Assembly: GCA_038889235.1 (NCBI GenBank)
Contig: JAWAHN010000001.1
Span: forward strand, 995,636-1,027,635
Length of the DNA: 32,000 bases
Direction of reading: 5' to 3'
DNA from: Candidatus Jordarchaeales archaeon
GTDB lineage: Archaea > Asgardarchaeota > Jordiarchaeia > Jordiarchaeales > Freyrarchaeaceae
Shown: positions 8,160-16,912 of the stretch, piece by piece
Numbering within the stretch: position 1 is the first letter of the stretch
Layout of the letters: every line of letters starts with the position of its first letter
Notes under the pieces: model-generated
The model's input: only the letters and a program-made list of their open reading frames with translations
The model's database searches: none
What the model was told of the DNA's origin: nothing
Program-made: the position numbers and the translations under genes

Positions 8160-9770
8160 TCAGCAATTACAAACCATGCACTCTTTACAGTGACTGTAAG
8201 GTGGTGTCCACACCTCTTCTTTAGCTCTTTCCCACTCTTTCACTAAAAAACTCTTGTTAACTCCTACATCAATTATCTCCCACGGATACTCTTTATCAGG
8301 ATCTTTTAACTCATGTACGTAATCAATTCTAACTCTACTTTCCTTAAGTGCACGTCTCCAGGCCCCAAGCCCTCCACCGTAAATCGCTGCCAATTCTATC
8401 ACCTGCCCGACCTCTTTTCCCCCTAACGATAAGATCGCTTCAATCAAAGCCCTCCTTGGGTCCTCTCCCTCGATAACTACGCCTCCAATCTTTGCTTGCT
8501 TTCTTACTTTCTCTTTCTTGTTTCTGAGCGTTGGAAGCGTATTCATCGGAGCCCAGGAGAAGGGCGTGTGCGGTTTTGGGACAAATGGATTTAAGTCTAT
8601 TTTTAACTTTCCTCTCATACCTTTTCTAACCATTTTACCAGTAATTTTTGCGATAGCTTCTACGTCTTCATCGCTTTCGTAAGGAAGCCCAATCATAAAA
8701 TACGCTTTCAAATTGAAGCCACGTTCTAGTATCCTTTCAGCAGTGGAGATTACTTCATCGTCTGAAAACGGCTTATTTATCCTTCTTCTCATGCTTTCAG
8801 TTCCTGCTTCGGGAGCTATTGTAATCGTACGTTGCCCTCCCTTCATCAAGGCTTCTAGTAGTTCGTCTGTTATCGTGTCTATGCTCAAAGAAGGTAATGA
8901 TATTTCAAAGCCAGCGTTTACTGCTTCCCAGCAAAGATCAACTATATCTAACCCTGCCATTGAAGACGCTATAAAAGTGATTTTTTGCACGCCGCTTTGC
9001 TTCACCCCTTCATCCATAAGCTTCCTAAGAACTTCCTTACTTCTAGTACGCCTAGGCCTCCCTATGAAACCTATTAAACAAAATCTGCACCCTCTTTCAC
9101 ACCCTCTAGCAACTTCTAAGAGGAAGGTTCTCCCGAAAACGGGGGCGAGCCTCTCCCCTCCAGCCGGAACCACCTGCCTAATTGGATAGAAGACGTTTTC
9201 AATAGATTTACACCACACTCTTCTAACTTTCTCCCCATCATTAAAAGCTGGTGTATAGATCCCCTCTATGTTTGACAGTGCTTCTATGCATGCTTCCCTA
9301 TCTCTCTCTTCAATGCATATGTCCGCCAACTTGTCTGCCAGAATTTCTCCGTCACCAACCACAAAAACGTCGACGAAATCCGACAGCGGCATTGGATTTT
9401 CAGTAGCGCAAACCCCTCCGGCAACGATTAATGGATCATCCTCACTTCTTTCACTTCTCCTAACAGGTATTTTTGAATCGATGAGCATTCTTACCATATT
9501 CACGTAGTCCTCTTCGTATTGAAGAGAAAAACCAATTACGTCGAACTCACTTAACCTTAAACCTGACTCGACGCTCCTAGGCTCTCCCTCAAAAGTATAA
9601 AAGAACCTCTCGCATGCAACATCGTCTCTGGAGTTTAGAAGAGCGTAGATTAAGCGGAAACCCAAAGAGGACATGCCAACAGCATAGGTGCTAGGGTAGC
9701 ATAATGCAAATTTTAAATCTACTTTGCGGTGGTCTTTTCTAACTAAATTGTATTCTTTCATTTTGACCAA
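8160..9770 (-). CDS. B12-binding-domain radical SAM protein
   Basis: 536 aa. The N-terminal region is of the B12-binding type. Radical SAM cluster motif CERGCRFC. C-terminal extra cysteines HCKECMVCNC. Confidence 0.85.
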   Translation of the reverse strand: MVKMKEYNLVRKDHRKVDLKFALCYPSTYAVGMSSLGFRLIYALLNSRDDVACERFFYTFEGEPRSVESGLRLSEFDVIGFSLQYEEDYVNMVRMLIDSKIPVRRSERSEDDPLIVAGGVCATENPMPLSDFVDVFVVGDGEILADKLADICIEERDREACIEALSNIEGIYTPAFNDGEKVRRVWCKSIENVFYPIRQVVPAGGERLAPVFGRTFLLEVARGCERGCRFCLIGFIGRPRRTRSKEVLRKLMDEGVKQSGVQKITFIASSMAGLDIVDLCWEAVNAGFEISLPSLSIDTITDELLEALMKGGQRTITIAPEAGTESMRRRINKPFSDDEVISTAERILERGFNLKAYFMIGLPYESDEDVEAIAKITGKMVRKGMRGKLKIDLNPFVPKPHTPFSWAPMNTLPTLRNKKEKVRKQAKIGGVVIEGEDPRRALIEAILSLGGKEVGQVIELAAIYGGGLGAWRRALKESRVRIDYVHELKDPDKEYPWEIIDVGVNKSFLVKEWERAKEEVWTPPYSHCKECMVCNC

Positions 9771-9920
9771 AAACCACCCTTACACTGGCAAAACTTTAGC
9801 AAAGTACTGAGAAATATTCCACAGTTAAGATTACATCGCATCAGTAAGTTTAAGAACTTTCCTTTCAACACATTCTTTTACAAAACAAACGTAAAAAAGT
9901 AGTAAAGAAAAAGAGTTTTT

Positions 9921-11105
9921 CTAGAAGCATCTGTGAATTACTCCTACGCCTCCCTCTTGATACTCTTTCTTTGTAACCCACATCTTCTGGAACGTCCTTA
10001 ACGAAGCTAATATTGATCCTCCGATCCAGACACTATATTGTCTCTCGGGCGGCGCAATTATCTTTATTTCAACATTTTCTGGAACTAGCTCTGATATCTC
10101 TTTGTGCAATCTTTCCTTTAAACCTGGAAACATTGTTGAGCCGCCTGAAAGGACTATGTTAGCGTATAACTCTCTTCTCAAGTCGATGTCGCACTTCTTA
10201 ATAGTCTCGACTATTGCTTCATCTAGCGGCGGTGCATCTAATCCGATAACTCCCGGGTTGAAGAAGACTTCTGGTGCTAGGAATCTCTCGGCACCAATAG
10301 TAATAGTTTCGCCATCAGGTAGTACGTATGTTTTTTCTATGCCTGAAACTTTCTCTGCAAGTTTGAGCTCCTTTTCAGGGTCCAATGCCACATAGCAGAG
10401 CTTTTCCTTAATGTCCCTGACTATTTCTCTTTCAGCTGTTGAAACGAAGCTGTAACCGCGTTGTCTTAGGAGCCTTCGCAAGTACTCAGTTATATCCCTC
10501 CCTGCAAGATCTATCCTGGTAATGGCGTGTGTTAACGCGAAACCTTCATAGATTGGAACTATGTGTGTTACTCCATCTCCCGAGTCTACCACTAGACCCG
10601 TTGTCCTTCCAGACGCATAGAGCGAGAGAACAGCTTGCATTGCAACATATATAGCCGGTGTATTAAATGTTTCAAACATTATTTCAGCCATTTTTTCCCT
10701 GTTTTCACGCGGGTTCAGCGGCGGCTCCGTTAGTAATACAGGGTGCTCTGAAGGGTCGACTCTCAAGTCGTTGAAGAACGTGTAGTGCCAGATTTTTTCC
10801 ATAGCATCCCAATCTGTAACTACACCATGCTCTATTGGGTAAACTAACCTGAGTACTCCTCGCAGGTTAAGTGCCTCCTCTCCAATGTAATATTCTCTCG
10901 TGTAGTGTTCTACGTCCGTCATTATTGACGCATACTTCGGATATCCTATACAAGTTGGCCATACGGAACGAGGCTGATCCTCCCCTGCAAACCCATTCTT
11001 AGTTAACCCTGTTCCATTGTCTATTACTATAGGTTTCGCAGCAATCATTTCTTCTTCGCGTGCCATTTTCTCATATCTCCTAACATTTTTTAAAGGTCTC
11101 TTCAT
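9921..11105 (-). CDS. eukaryote-like (Asgard-type) actin
   Basis: Actin signatures run throughout: [72 protein letters not shown] and a C-terminal IHRCF. A more likely start is the ATG at 11066 (MAREEE...), which is preceded by GGAG and gives 381 aa. Confidence 0.9.
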   Translation of the reverse strand: MKRPLKNVRRYEKMAREEEMIAAKPIVIDNGTGLTKNGFAGEDQPRSVWPTCIGYPKYASIMTDVEHYTREYYIGEEALNLRGVLRLVYPIEHGVVTDWDAMEKIWHYTFFNDLRVDPSEHPVLLTEPPLNPRENREKMAEIMFETFNTPAIYVAMQAVLSLYASGRTTGLVVDSGDGVTHIVPIYEGFALTHAITRIDLAGRDITEYLRRLLRQRGYSFVSTAEREIVRDIKEKLCYVALDPEKELKLAEKVSGIEKTYVLPDGETITIGAERFLAPEVFFNPGVIGLDAPPLDEAIVETIKKCDIDLRRELYANIVLSGGSTMFPGLKERLHKEISELVPENVEIKIIAPPERQYSVWIGGSILASLRTFQKMWVTKKEYQEGGVGVIHRCF

Positions 11106-11345
11106 TCTTCCCCATTTTTCGAAAGAAATTATTGCCTTATGTTCTATTTTAATTTTTTGAATGTCATTTTTGTCAACAATATAGTTGATAACTACACAAT
11201 TTTTTCTCTTTTAATGGCGATCTTCTCAAATACGAGATGTTTAGCATGCGTGGTGCTTATATACGCTTCTGGAGCTTCAGCAGTAAAGGATGTACGAGGA
11301 GGTTTTTAAAATTTGGAGTTAGTTAGAGACGAAAAAGGATCTCCC

Positions 11346-11492
11346 ATGGTGGAAGAGGCCATCCTCATCGGTCTGTCAGTTTTGGGGTTAGCTATAATGC
11401 TAAATATAATGTTCGGCGTCTTTAATTGGTCAGGAAATTTACTAACGAACTTAATCAATTATCTAAACCACCTATTTGGCAGCATCTTCTAA
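11346..11492 (+). CDS. possible 48-aa single-pass membrane peptide
   Basis: ATG...TAA ORF encoding MVEEAILIGLSVLGLAIMLNIMFGVFNWSGNLLTNLINYLNHLFGSIF. There is no homology evidence; it lies in a 0.5-kb intergenic gap. Confidence 0.2.
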   Translation: MVEEAILIGLSVLGLAIMLNIMFGVFNWSGNLLTNLINYLNHLFGSIF

Positions 11493-11618
11493 TTCCATAA
11501 ACTTAACTTTTCAGGAAAAGGCAAAGCAAAAATAAAATATTGTCTTTTTCCTTTATTCCATTCTTAGTTTTAGTTTTGCGCATAGGTCATACATCAAAGT
11601 AGTTAAGAAGGTGGGCAT

Positions 11619-12029
11619 TTGGTTGACTCGCTCTGGAAAGGCCGATTTAACAGGTGCTGGCTTGTGGGTATGTTCGTCCAACAAACTTTACTTTCTATCG
11701 AGGGAGTAAAGATCCCGTCTGTCGAGGAAATACTGCATTCCAATCCCGAGATGACGGTGGCAGACGCGATAAACATGCGAAGAGAGTTGTATGGTGTTAA
11801 AGTTGACTGGGAGAAGCGCAGACTTATTGTGCACTTCAAGGGAAAATATTATGATGTCACCGATCTTCTCATAGACATAGTAAACGAAAACAGTTACGGA
11901 GAAAGAGTTGACGAATTAGGGATGGATACCTGCGGCTTCGATTTTTGTAGTGCCGTGAAAGAAGCACAAAAGAAGATAATTCTTAAGATAGTAACCGGCG
12001 AAATGACGCCCACTTATGAAGTAATTTGA
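11619..12029 (+). CDS. hypothetical protein
   Basis: 136-aa ORF. A more plausible start is the ATG at 11670 (MFVQQTLLSIEG...). No recognisable motifs. Confidence 0.45.
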   Translation: MVDSLWKGRFNRCWLVGMFVQQTLLSIEGVKIPSVEEILHSNPEMTVADAINMRRELYGVKVDWEKRRLIVHFKGKYYDVTDLLIDIVNENSYGERVDELGMDTCGFDFCSAVKEAQKKIILKIVTGEMTPTYEVI

Positions 12030-12043
12030 GTACAAGCGAGTAG

Positions 12044-12835
12044 TTAAATTTTCCCATTTTTCTCCTTTCTTTGCCATTCTTCGATGCCTAGAGCTATTCT
12101 CCCCACTATCGTCGGGTCTTTCATGGCTGCTCGTGCAATAGAAACAGCGTCAGCACCTGCCTTTATCATTTCAATAGCACTCTCAACGTCCCTAATCGAA
12201 TTATTACCTATTAAAAAAACATTAACGCTTTTGGAAATCTTTCTAATTAAATCTAGGTCTCCACAATTCACTCCCTCCTTCATCGCGTCTACATGTATCG
12301 CGTCGACCCCTGCTTTTTCAGCAATTCTGGCAACATTCAAGTCGTCCACCACATTCCCTCTCCACTTAAGTATAACTTTTATATCGAAAGAGTCTTTTAG
12401 ACGTGTTATCCACTCAGAAAGCTCATCTAGCCTTTTCAAAAGAGCCTGTCCTGCACCTACTGCCATAATTTCAGGCTGGCGGCAATGTGCATCTATTTCC
12501 AACGCTACCGCGCCACTCTTTGACACCACTTCTCCTGCAAACATAATTCCCTCTAAACTTGTTGCACGTGCATTTACAGCGACAGGCGCCCCTCCCTCCA
12601 GCGCTCTTCTAACCTCCTTTATAAGAAAATCCTCAATCTCTTCTACTTCAACTTCGAACTCTGTTCGCCCCCTAAGCTTCACGGCCTTGCCAGCCATAAC
12701 CGTTTCTCGGTCAAAGTTCAAACCTCCTAGAGTTACCATTCCCGCCCCCGCTTTCGCGGCACGGAAACAAAATTCTCCGTCACATATTCCAGCCATCGCG
12801 GCAAGTATCGCCTTACGTTTCAGGACGTCTCTCAT
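12044..12835 (-). CDS. Dus-like / NifR3-related flavin-dependent TIM-barrel protein (archaeal type)
   Basis: 263 aa. Dus-like features: MAGICDGEF, IDAHCRQPE (Cys in the position of the Dus catalytic Cys context), HVDAM and IGNNSIRD...GADAVSIARAA. The start overlaps the cofD stop by ATGA (12832-12835). Confidence 0.7.
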   Translation of the reverse strand: MRDVLKRKAILAAMAGICDGEFCFRAAKAGAGMVTLGGLNFDRETVMAGKAVKLRGRTEFEVEVEEIEDFLIKEVRRALEGGAPVAVNARATSLEGIMFAGEVVSKSGAVALEIDAHCRQPEIMAVGAGQALLKRLDELSEWITRLKDSFDIKVILKWRGNVVDDLNVARIAEKAGVDAIHVDAMKEGVNCGDLDLIRKISKSVNVFLIGNNSIRDVESAIEMIKAGADAVSIARAAMKDPTIVGRIALGIEEWQRKEKNGKI

Positions 12836-13767
12836 TTTCCCCTCACCAAGCTCATTATTTCAGAGGCTAAACGTTGCATATCTCTTTCATCATTCATTAA
12901 CGTATCCGTGACGTATGGAATAACACCAATAGATCTTACTTTATCCACCAGCGAACTGTCAACTCTGTCGAAGACCAAGATTTCGGCCACATCTTTGTAA
13001 AATTGTGCCACACCAAGTGGGGAAACTTCAACACCTAGGCTTCGCATAAGCTTTGCCGCCGGCCCGCTTACAGCTTTCCCTCCCACTATAGGGCTAACTG
13101 CAATCTTCCTGCAGCGTACTCTCCTGATAGTTTCTCTAATTTCCTTGATAGAAAGTATTGGTGCTATACTTGTAACCGGGTTACTTGGTCCTATGATAAC
13201 TGCTTCCGCTCCTTTTAGTACATCAATAACCTCGCGAGGGGGCCTGGCTTTTTCCGCCCCTCTATATTCTACACCAAAAACCTCAGGTTGTCCCTTATAC
13301 TTAACCCAAAATTCTTGCAAGGAAAGGACGCCAAGGTTAGTGTTTATGTATGTTTGTACCTTGTCATTTGTCATAGGGAGAATTCTTACTCTGACATCAA
13401 GCTTGTCGCACATGATTTTTACTACTTCGGAAAGCTGAAGGCCGCATCTGAGAAGATGTGTCCTCCATATGTGCGTTGCCAAATCGCGATCTCCCAAAGC
13501 GAACCAGGTGGGTAAACCATATCTATGCATCATTTCGAGGCAATTGAAAGTGTCCCCCTTAATCCCCCAAAATTTTTCTTCGTCAAGAATACCCGCAACG
13601 AGGTAGACTGCGCTATCTAAATCCGGACTTATGTATAGACCATGAAGTTCAATATCGTCGCCAGTGTTCACTATGACTGAAATGTCTTCTTGCGGAAGAA
13701 CTTTAAGAAACCCTTTAAGCAGTTTTAGCCCACCAGTGCCTCCTGTTAATAATGCAATCAACGTCAC
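12832..13767 (-). CDS. cofD: 2-phospho-L-lactate transferase (F420 biosynthesis, CofD)
   Basis: 311 aa. Motifs LTGGTGGLKLL, VNTGDDIELHGLYISPDLD, IIGPSNPVTSI. Confidence 0.9.
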   Translation of the reverse strand: MTLIALLTGGTGGLKLLKGFLKVLPQEDISVIVNTGDDIELHGLYISPDLDSAVYLVAGILDEEKFWGIKGDTFNCLEMMHRYGLPTWFALGDRDLATHIWRTHLLRCGLQLSEVVKIMCDKLDVRVRILPMTNDKVQTYINTNLGVLSLQEFWVKYKGQPEVFGVEYRGAEKARPPREVIDVLKGAEAVIIGPSNPVTSIAPILSIKEIRETIRRVRCRKIAVSPIVGGKAVSGPAAKLMRSLGVEVSPLGVAQFYKDVAEILVFDRVDSSLVDKVRSIGVIPYVTDTLMNDERDMQRLASEIMSLVRGK

Positions 13768-13768
13768 G

Positions 13769-14527
13769 TCACCTGAAAAGGTCTCTTTCAGGCGGCATTA
13801 AAAGTTCTTTGTAACTTCCGTCACCTTTAATGTACTTGTATCCTCTTATTATTACTACGGGAATTCCTTCATCGGCTTGCCCCATGATTAGCTCGGCTGC
13901 TGAAGCTAACTCGTCCGCCACGGCGACTATTGTCGAACGCAAGACGTACCCATACAAATCCTTGTCTCCGCGCCTGTCCCAAAGCGGCTTAAGTCCCGCT
14001 ACTCCTATAGCTACGTTTACCACTCCCTCCCTGAAGGGTCTTCCAAACGTATCAGAGATTATAACAGCAACATCTGCCCCCGTGAGGTTGAAAATGCCCT
14101 CTCTAATGCGTCTTGCCGACTCGTCTGGGTCCAAAGGGAGAAGCGTGACTTTCCCCCCTCCGGATACATTTGACTCGTCTACCCCCGAATTCGCGCAAAC
14201 GAATCCGTGAAATGTTTCCGTAATAATTATGTGTCGCATCCTAACAACTTTTTTTGCCTCTCTCAGGATAACTTCAACCATTTGGGGGGACTTGCCGATT
14301 TGTTTGCTTACATTGATAGCGAAAGGTGAGGGTGTAACCTTCGACAAGTCTACAACTCGTCCCTCAGCCTTAGAAACTATCGATTGCGCCACAACGATGA
14401 CATCATTATCGAGTATTTTAACACCTTGCTTTTCCGCTGCTTCAACGATCAGCTTCGCTACGTCATCTCCTTCCTTCACAAGCGGTATACCTTTAATTCC
14501 TATTAATTCTATTTTAATTTGTACCAC
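13769..14527 (-). CDS. cofE: coenzyme F420-0:L-glutamate ligase (CofE)
   Basis: 252 aa. Motifs GIPLVKEGDDVAKLI, VVAQSIVSKAEGR, ANSGVDESN, SDTFGRPFREG. There is a 1-nt gap to the cofD start. Confidence 0.9.
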   Translation of the reverse strand: MVQIKIELIGIKGIPLVKEGDDVAKLIVEAAEKQGVKILDNDVIVVAQSIVSKAEGRVVDLSKVTPSPFAINVSKQIGKSPQMVEVILREAKKVVRMRHIIITETFHGFVCANSGVDESNVSGGGKVTLLPLDPDESARRIREGIFNLTGADVAVIISDTFGRPFREGVVNVAIGVAGLKPLWDRRGDKDLYGYVLRSTIVAVADELASAAELIMGQADEGIPVVIIRGYKYIKGDGSYKELLMPPERDLFR

Positions 14528-14610
14528 CCTCTTAAGCGCCTCTTCTGCTCTTAGATAGCATCACGTTTATCTTAATTCTTTTGAATTAGAGGAAGCGTGG
14601 AGGTCGTGCG

Positions 14611-15285
14611 ATGAACAATACATACTTGGTTATTCCTTTTAAAGGACTGGAAACTGCAAAATCGAGATTATCTCCCTTCCTTCCTCCTGATGCACGACAA
14701 AAACTAAGTCTTGCTATGTTACTTGACGTAATAACTGCCGCAAAGAAGTCTAAAATGTTCAAGAAAATTCTTATTGTGACAACAGACAGAAAATTTAAAG
14801 TTTCCTATAAAGGAGTCACCCTCATATTCGAGTCTCCTCCATATGATCTAAACAAAGCAGTTCAACTCGGAGTCGACTTTTGTTCTAAGCATGGCGCAAA
14901 AGCCGCTCTCATCCTACCCGCAGATTTACCACTTATAACGCCAAGCGATATAAAAAACATAATTAAGATGGGGGAGCCAGATGAGAAAGTTGTTGTTATT
15001 TCTCCGTCAGAGTCAAATGGGACTAACGCACTCTTCATGAAACCTCCCGGGATCATTCCCCCTTACTTTGGGGAGGACAGCTTCAACAAGCATATTTCTG
15101 CATCCAGAGAGCGAGGTGTATCAGTCAAAGTATATACCTCCCCGACAATTAAGACTGACATAGATTACATCAACACACTTTTAATAAACGCCCTTAATTT
15201 AGGTAAGAACACGAAGAAAGTAATTGATGTAATAAAAAACCATCTGAAAGTGGAAGGTAAAACCCTTCAACCATCCGCAATATAA
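14611..15285 (+). CDS. cofC: 2-phospho-L-lactate (or PEP) guanylyltransferase (CofC)
   Basis: 224 aa. Motifs IPFKGLETAKSRL, MLLDV, PADLPLITPSDI, GTNAL. Divergent from cofE. Confidence 0.8.
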   Translation: MNNTYLVIPFKGLETAKSRLSPFLPPDARQKLSLAMLLDVITAAKKSKMFKKILIVTTDRKFKVSYKGVTLIFESPPYDLNKAVQLGVDFCSKHGAKAALILPADLPLITPSDIKNIIKMGEPDEKVVVISPSESNGTNALFMKPPGIIPPYFGEDSFNKHISASRERGVSVKVYTSPTIKTDIDYINTLLINALNLGKNTKKVIDVIKNHLKVEGKTLQPSAI

Positions 15286-15323
15286 AACCCGCTACTCTTC
15301 GCCACAAAGACTATTAATGGTTG

Positions 15324-15749
15324 TTACTCTGCAAAAACCTCTTTGATCTCCTTCACCGCATCTTCTATTATTCGTTCATACCTTCTCTCTTTATGTAGAA
15401 GGACCGATGCTGCATCAGCAATCCTCCGTTTAGCTGAAATCGGTAGTATAGCTGCCAGTATAAACCTTTTATTTGAGACCTCTATACTTTTGAATACAAT
15501 AATCCCATCGCTTGTTTCTATAGTTACTTGTTCTAGGTCTCCAAGTCCTATCTGATCTTTAACTCTAATGGCAGTCGCGTGAGCTAGACCAGCCATCGCG
15601 GCGATTACCTGTTTACTTTCAGGACCGCTCGCCTCAGCAACCACTAGTCCATCCTCCCTAGAAATGACACTCGCTGAAAAACCCCCCTTTTTGTTCATGT
15701 CCTCTAAAATTTTTGTTAATGTCGAAAGCTTATCTTTAGACATCAACAC
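15324..15749 (-). CDS. Roadblock/LC7 (MglB-like) domain protein
   Basis: 141 aa. The pattern GGFSASVISREDGLVVAE...AAMAGLAHATA...IETSDGIIVFK...ILAAIL is typical of the Roadblock/LC7 fold. Confidence 0.75.
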   Translation of the reverse strand: MLMSKDKLSTLTKILEDMNKKGGFSASVISREDGLVVAEASGPESKQVIAAMAGLAHATAIRVKDQIGLGDLEQVTIETSDGIIVFKSIEVSNKRFILAAILPISAKRRIADAASVLLHKERRYERIIEDAVKEIKEVFAE

Positions 15750-15867
15750 CCACCCTTTTTGTAGGAGTCTTCTTTTAGTGCAATAATTTCTGTCCTCCCA
15801 AACATTTAAATCTAGTCTTTTTACCCTCCTTTTTCAAAGAACATTAAGTGCCTAACGGTGAAGAGTT

Positions 15868-16842
15868 TTGAAACTAAACTTTGTTATTCCTAAGGGCTCC
15901 CTTCAGGAAGCCACGCTGGCTTTGCTTAGACAGGCTGGATACGAGATAAAGGGAAGTGATAGGTCCTATAGGCCTTGGATAAACGACCCAGAAATAAACC
16001 TCAAAGTTCTCAGACCGCAAGAAATACCTACCTTCGTGGAATCAGGGGCTCATGACTTAGGAATCACCGGGATGGACTGGGTAGAAGAAACTTCAGCAGA
16101 CGTCGTAATATTGTCAAACCTAGCTTATGGTAAAGTAAAAATAGTTTTAGCTGTTCCAAACTACTGGACTCATATAAATTCCCTTTCAGATTTAATACGT
16201 ACCTTCGCTGAAAATGGAAAGCCTATACGTATAGCAACAGAATATATAAATATCACAGCTCGGTACGTATCATCAAACCCCGAATATAAATCACGTTTCG
16301 GCTCGCTAACCCCTGAGGTCATAACCCCCTGGTACAGATATGGAGAAAACCCTAACGTAAAAATACTGCTTTCCTTTGGCGCTACAGAGGCTAAGCCGCC
16401 TGAGGATGCGGAAGCAATAGTCGATAATACCGAAACCGGGACCACTATTCTCTCTAACAACCTTAAGATAATCGAAGAAATATGTGAATCTCAAGCGGTT
16501 CTCATATCTAACAGAGATGCTTTAAGCCACCCTTGGAAAAGAGAAAAGATAAAAGATGTAATGACTCTTCTCGAGGGTGCGGTTGACGCGAGAGAACGCT
16601 TGCACATATTTATGAATGTGAAGGAAGAAAACTTACAAGCGCTTTTGAAAATACTCCCCGCACTCAAAAAGCCGACAATATCTCCACTTGCTGGGGAAGA
16701 AGGATGGTACGCCATTAATACCGTTATTCGCAAAGATGAGTTTCTGAGAATAATACCGTACCTCAGGCAATTAGCGCAAGGACTAGTGGTTTACGAGCCG
16801 CGGCAAGTCCTCCCACTCGAAAAAATACAGAACAAGTTCTAA
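15868..16842 (+). CDS. hisG: ATP phosphoribosyltransferase
   Basis: 324 aa with a TTG start. Motifs IPKGSLQEATLALL, LRPQEIPTFVESGAHDLGITGMDWV, DNTETGTT. Confidence 0.9.
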   Translation: MKLNFVIPKGSLQEATLALLRQAGYEIKGSDRSYRPWINDPEINLKVLRPQEIPTFVESGAHDLGITGMDWVEETSADVVILSNLAYGKVKIVLAVPNYWTHINSLSDLIRTFAENGKPIRIATEYINITARYVSSNPEYKSRFGSLTPEVITPWYRYGENPNVKILLSFGATEAKPPEDAEAIVDNTETGTTILSNNLKIIEEICESQAVLISNRDALSHPWKREKIKDVMTLLEGAVDARERLHIFMNVKEENLQALLKILPALKKPTISPLAGEEGWYAINTVIRKDEFLRIIPYLRQLAQGLVVYEPRQVLPLEKIQNKF

Positions 16843-16912
16843 ATGTCTTTCAGGAAAAGTTTAAATTCCCTCTATCCAGCTAGTATTAGGGATTTCTTCT
16901 ACTACTTTTGAG

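Noticed and set aside
12084-12911. 275-aa plus-strand ORF, together with similar long antisense ORFs at 4920-5786, 8713-9189, 13830-14558 and 28495-29370
   Set aside because: They lie antisense to well-supported genes and have low-complexity S/T/A/P-rich composition with no motifs. They are shadow ORFs.
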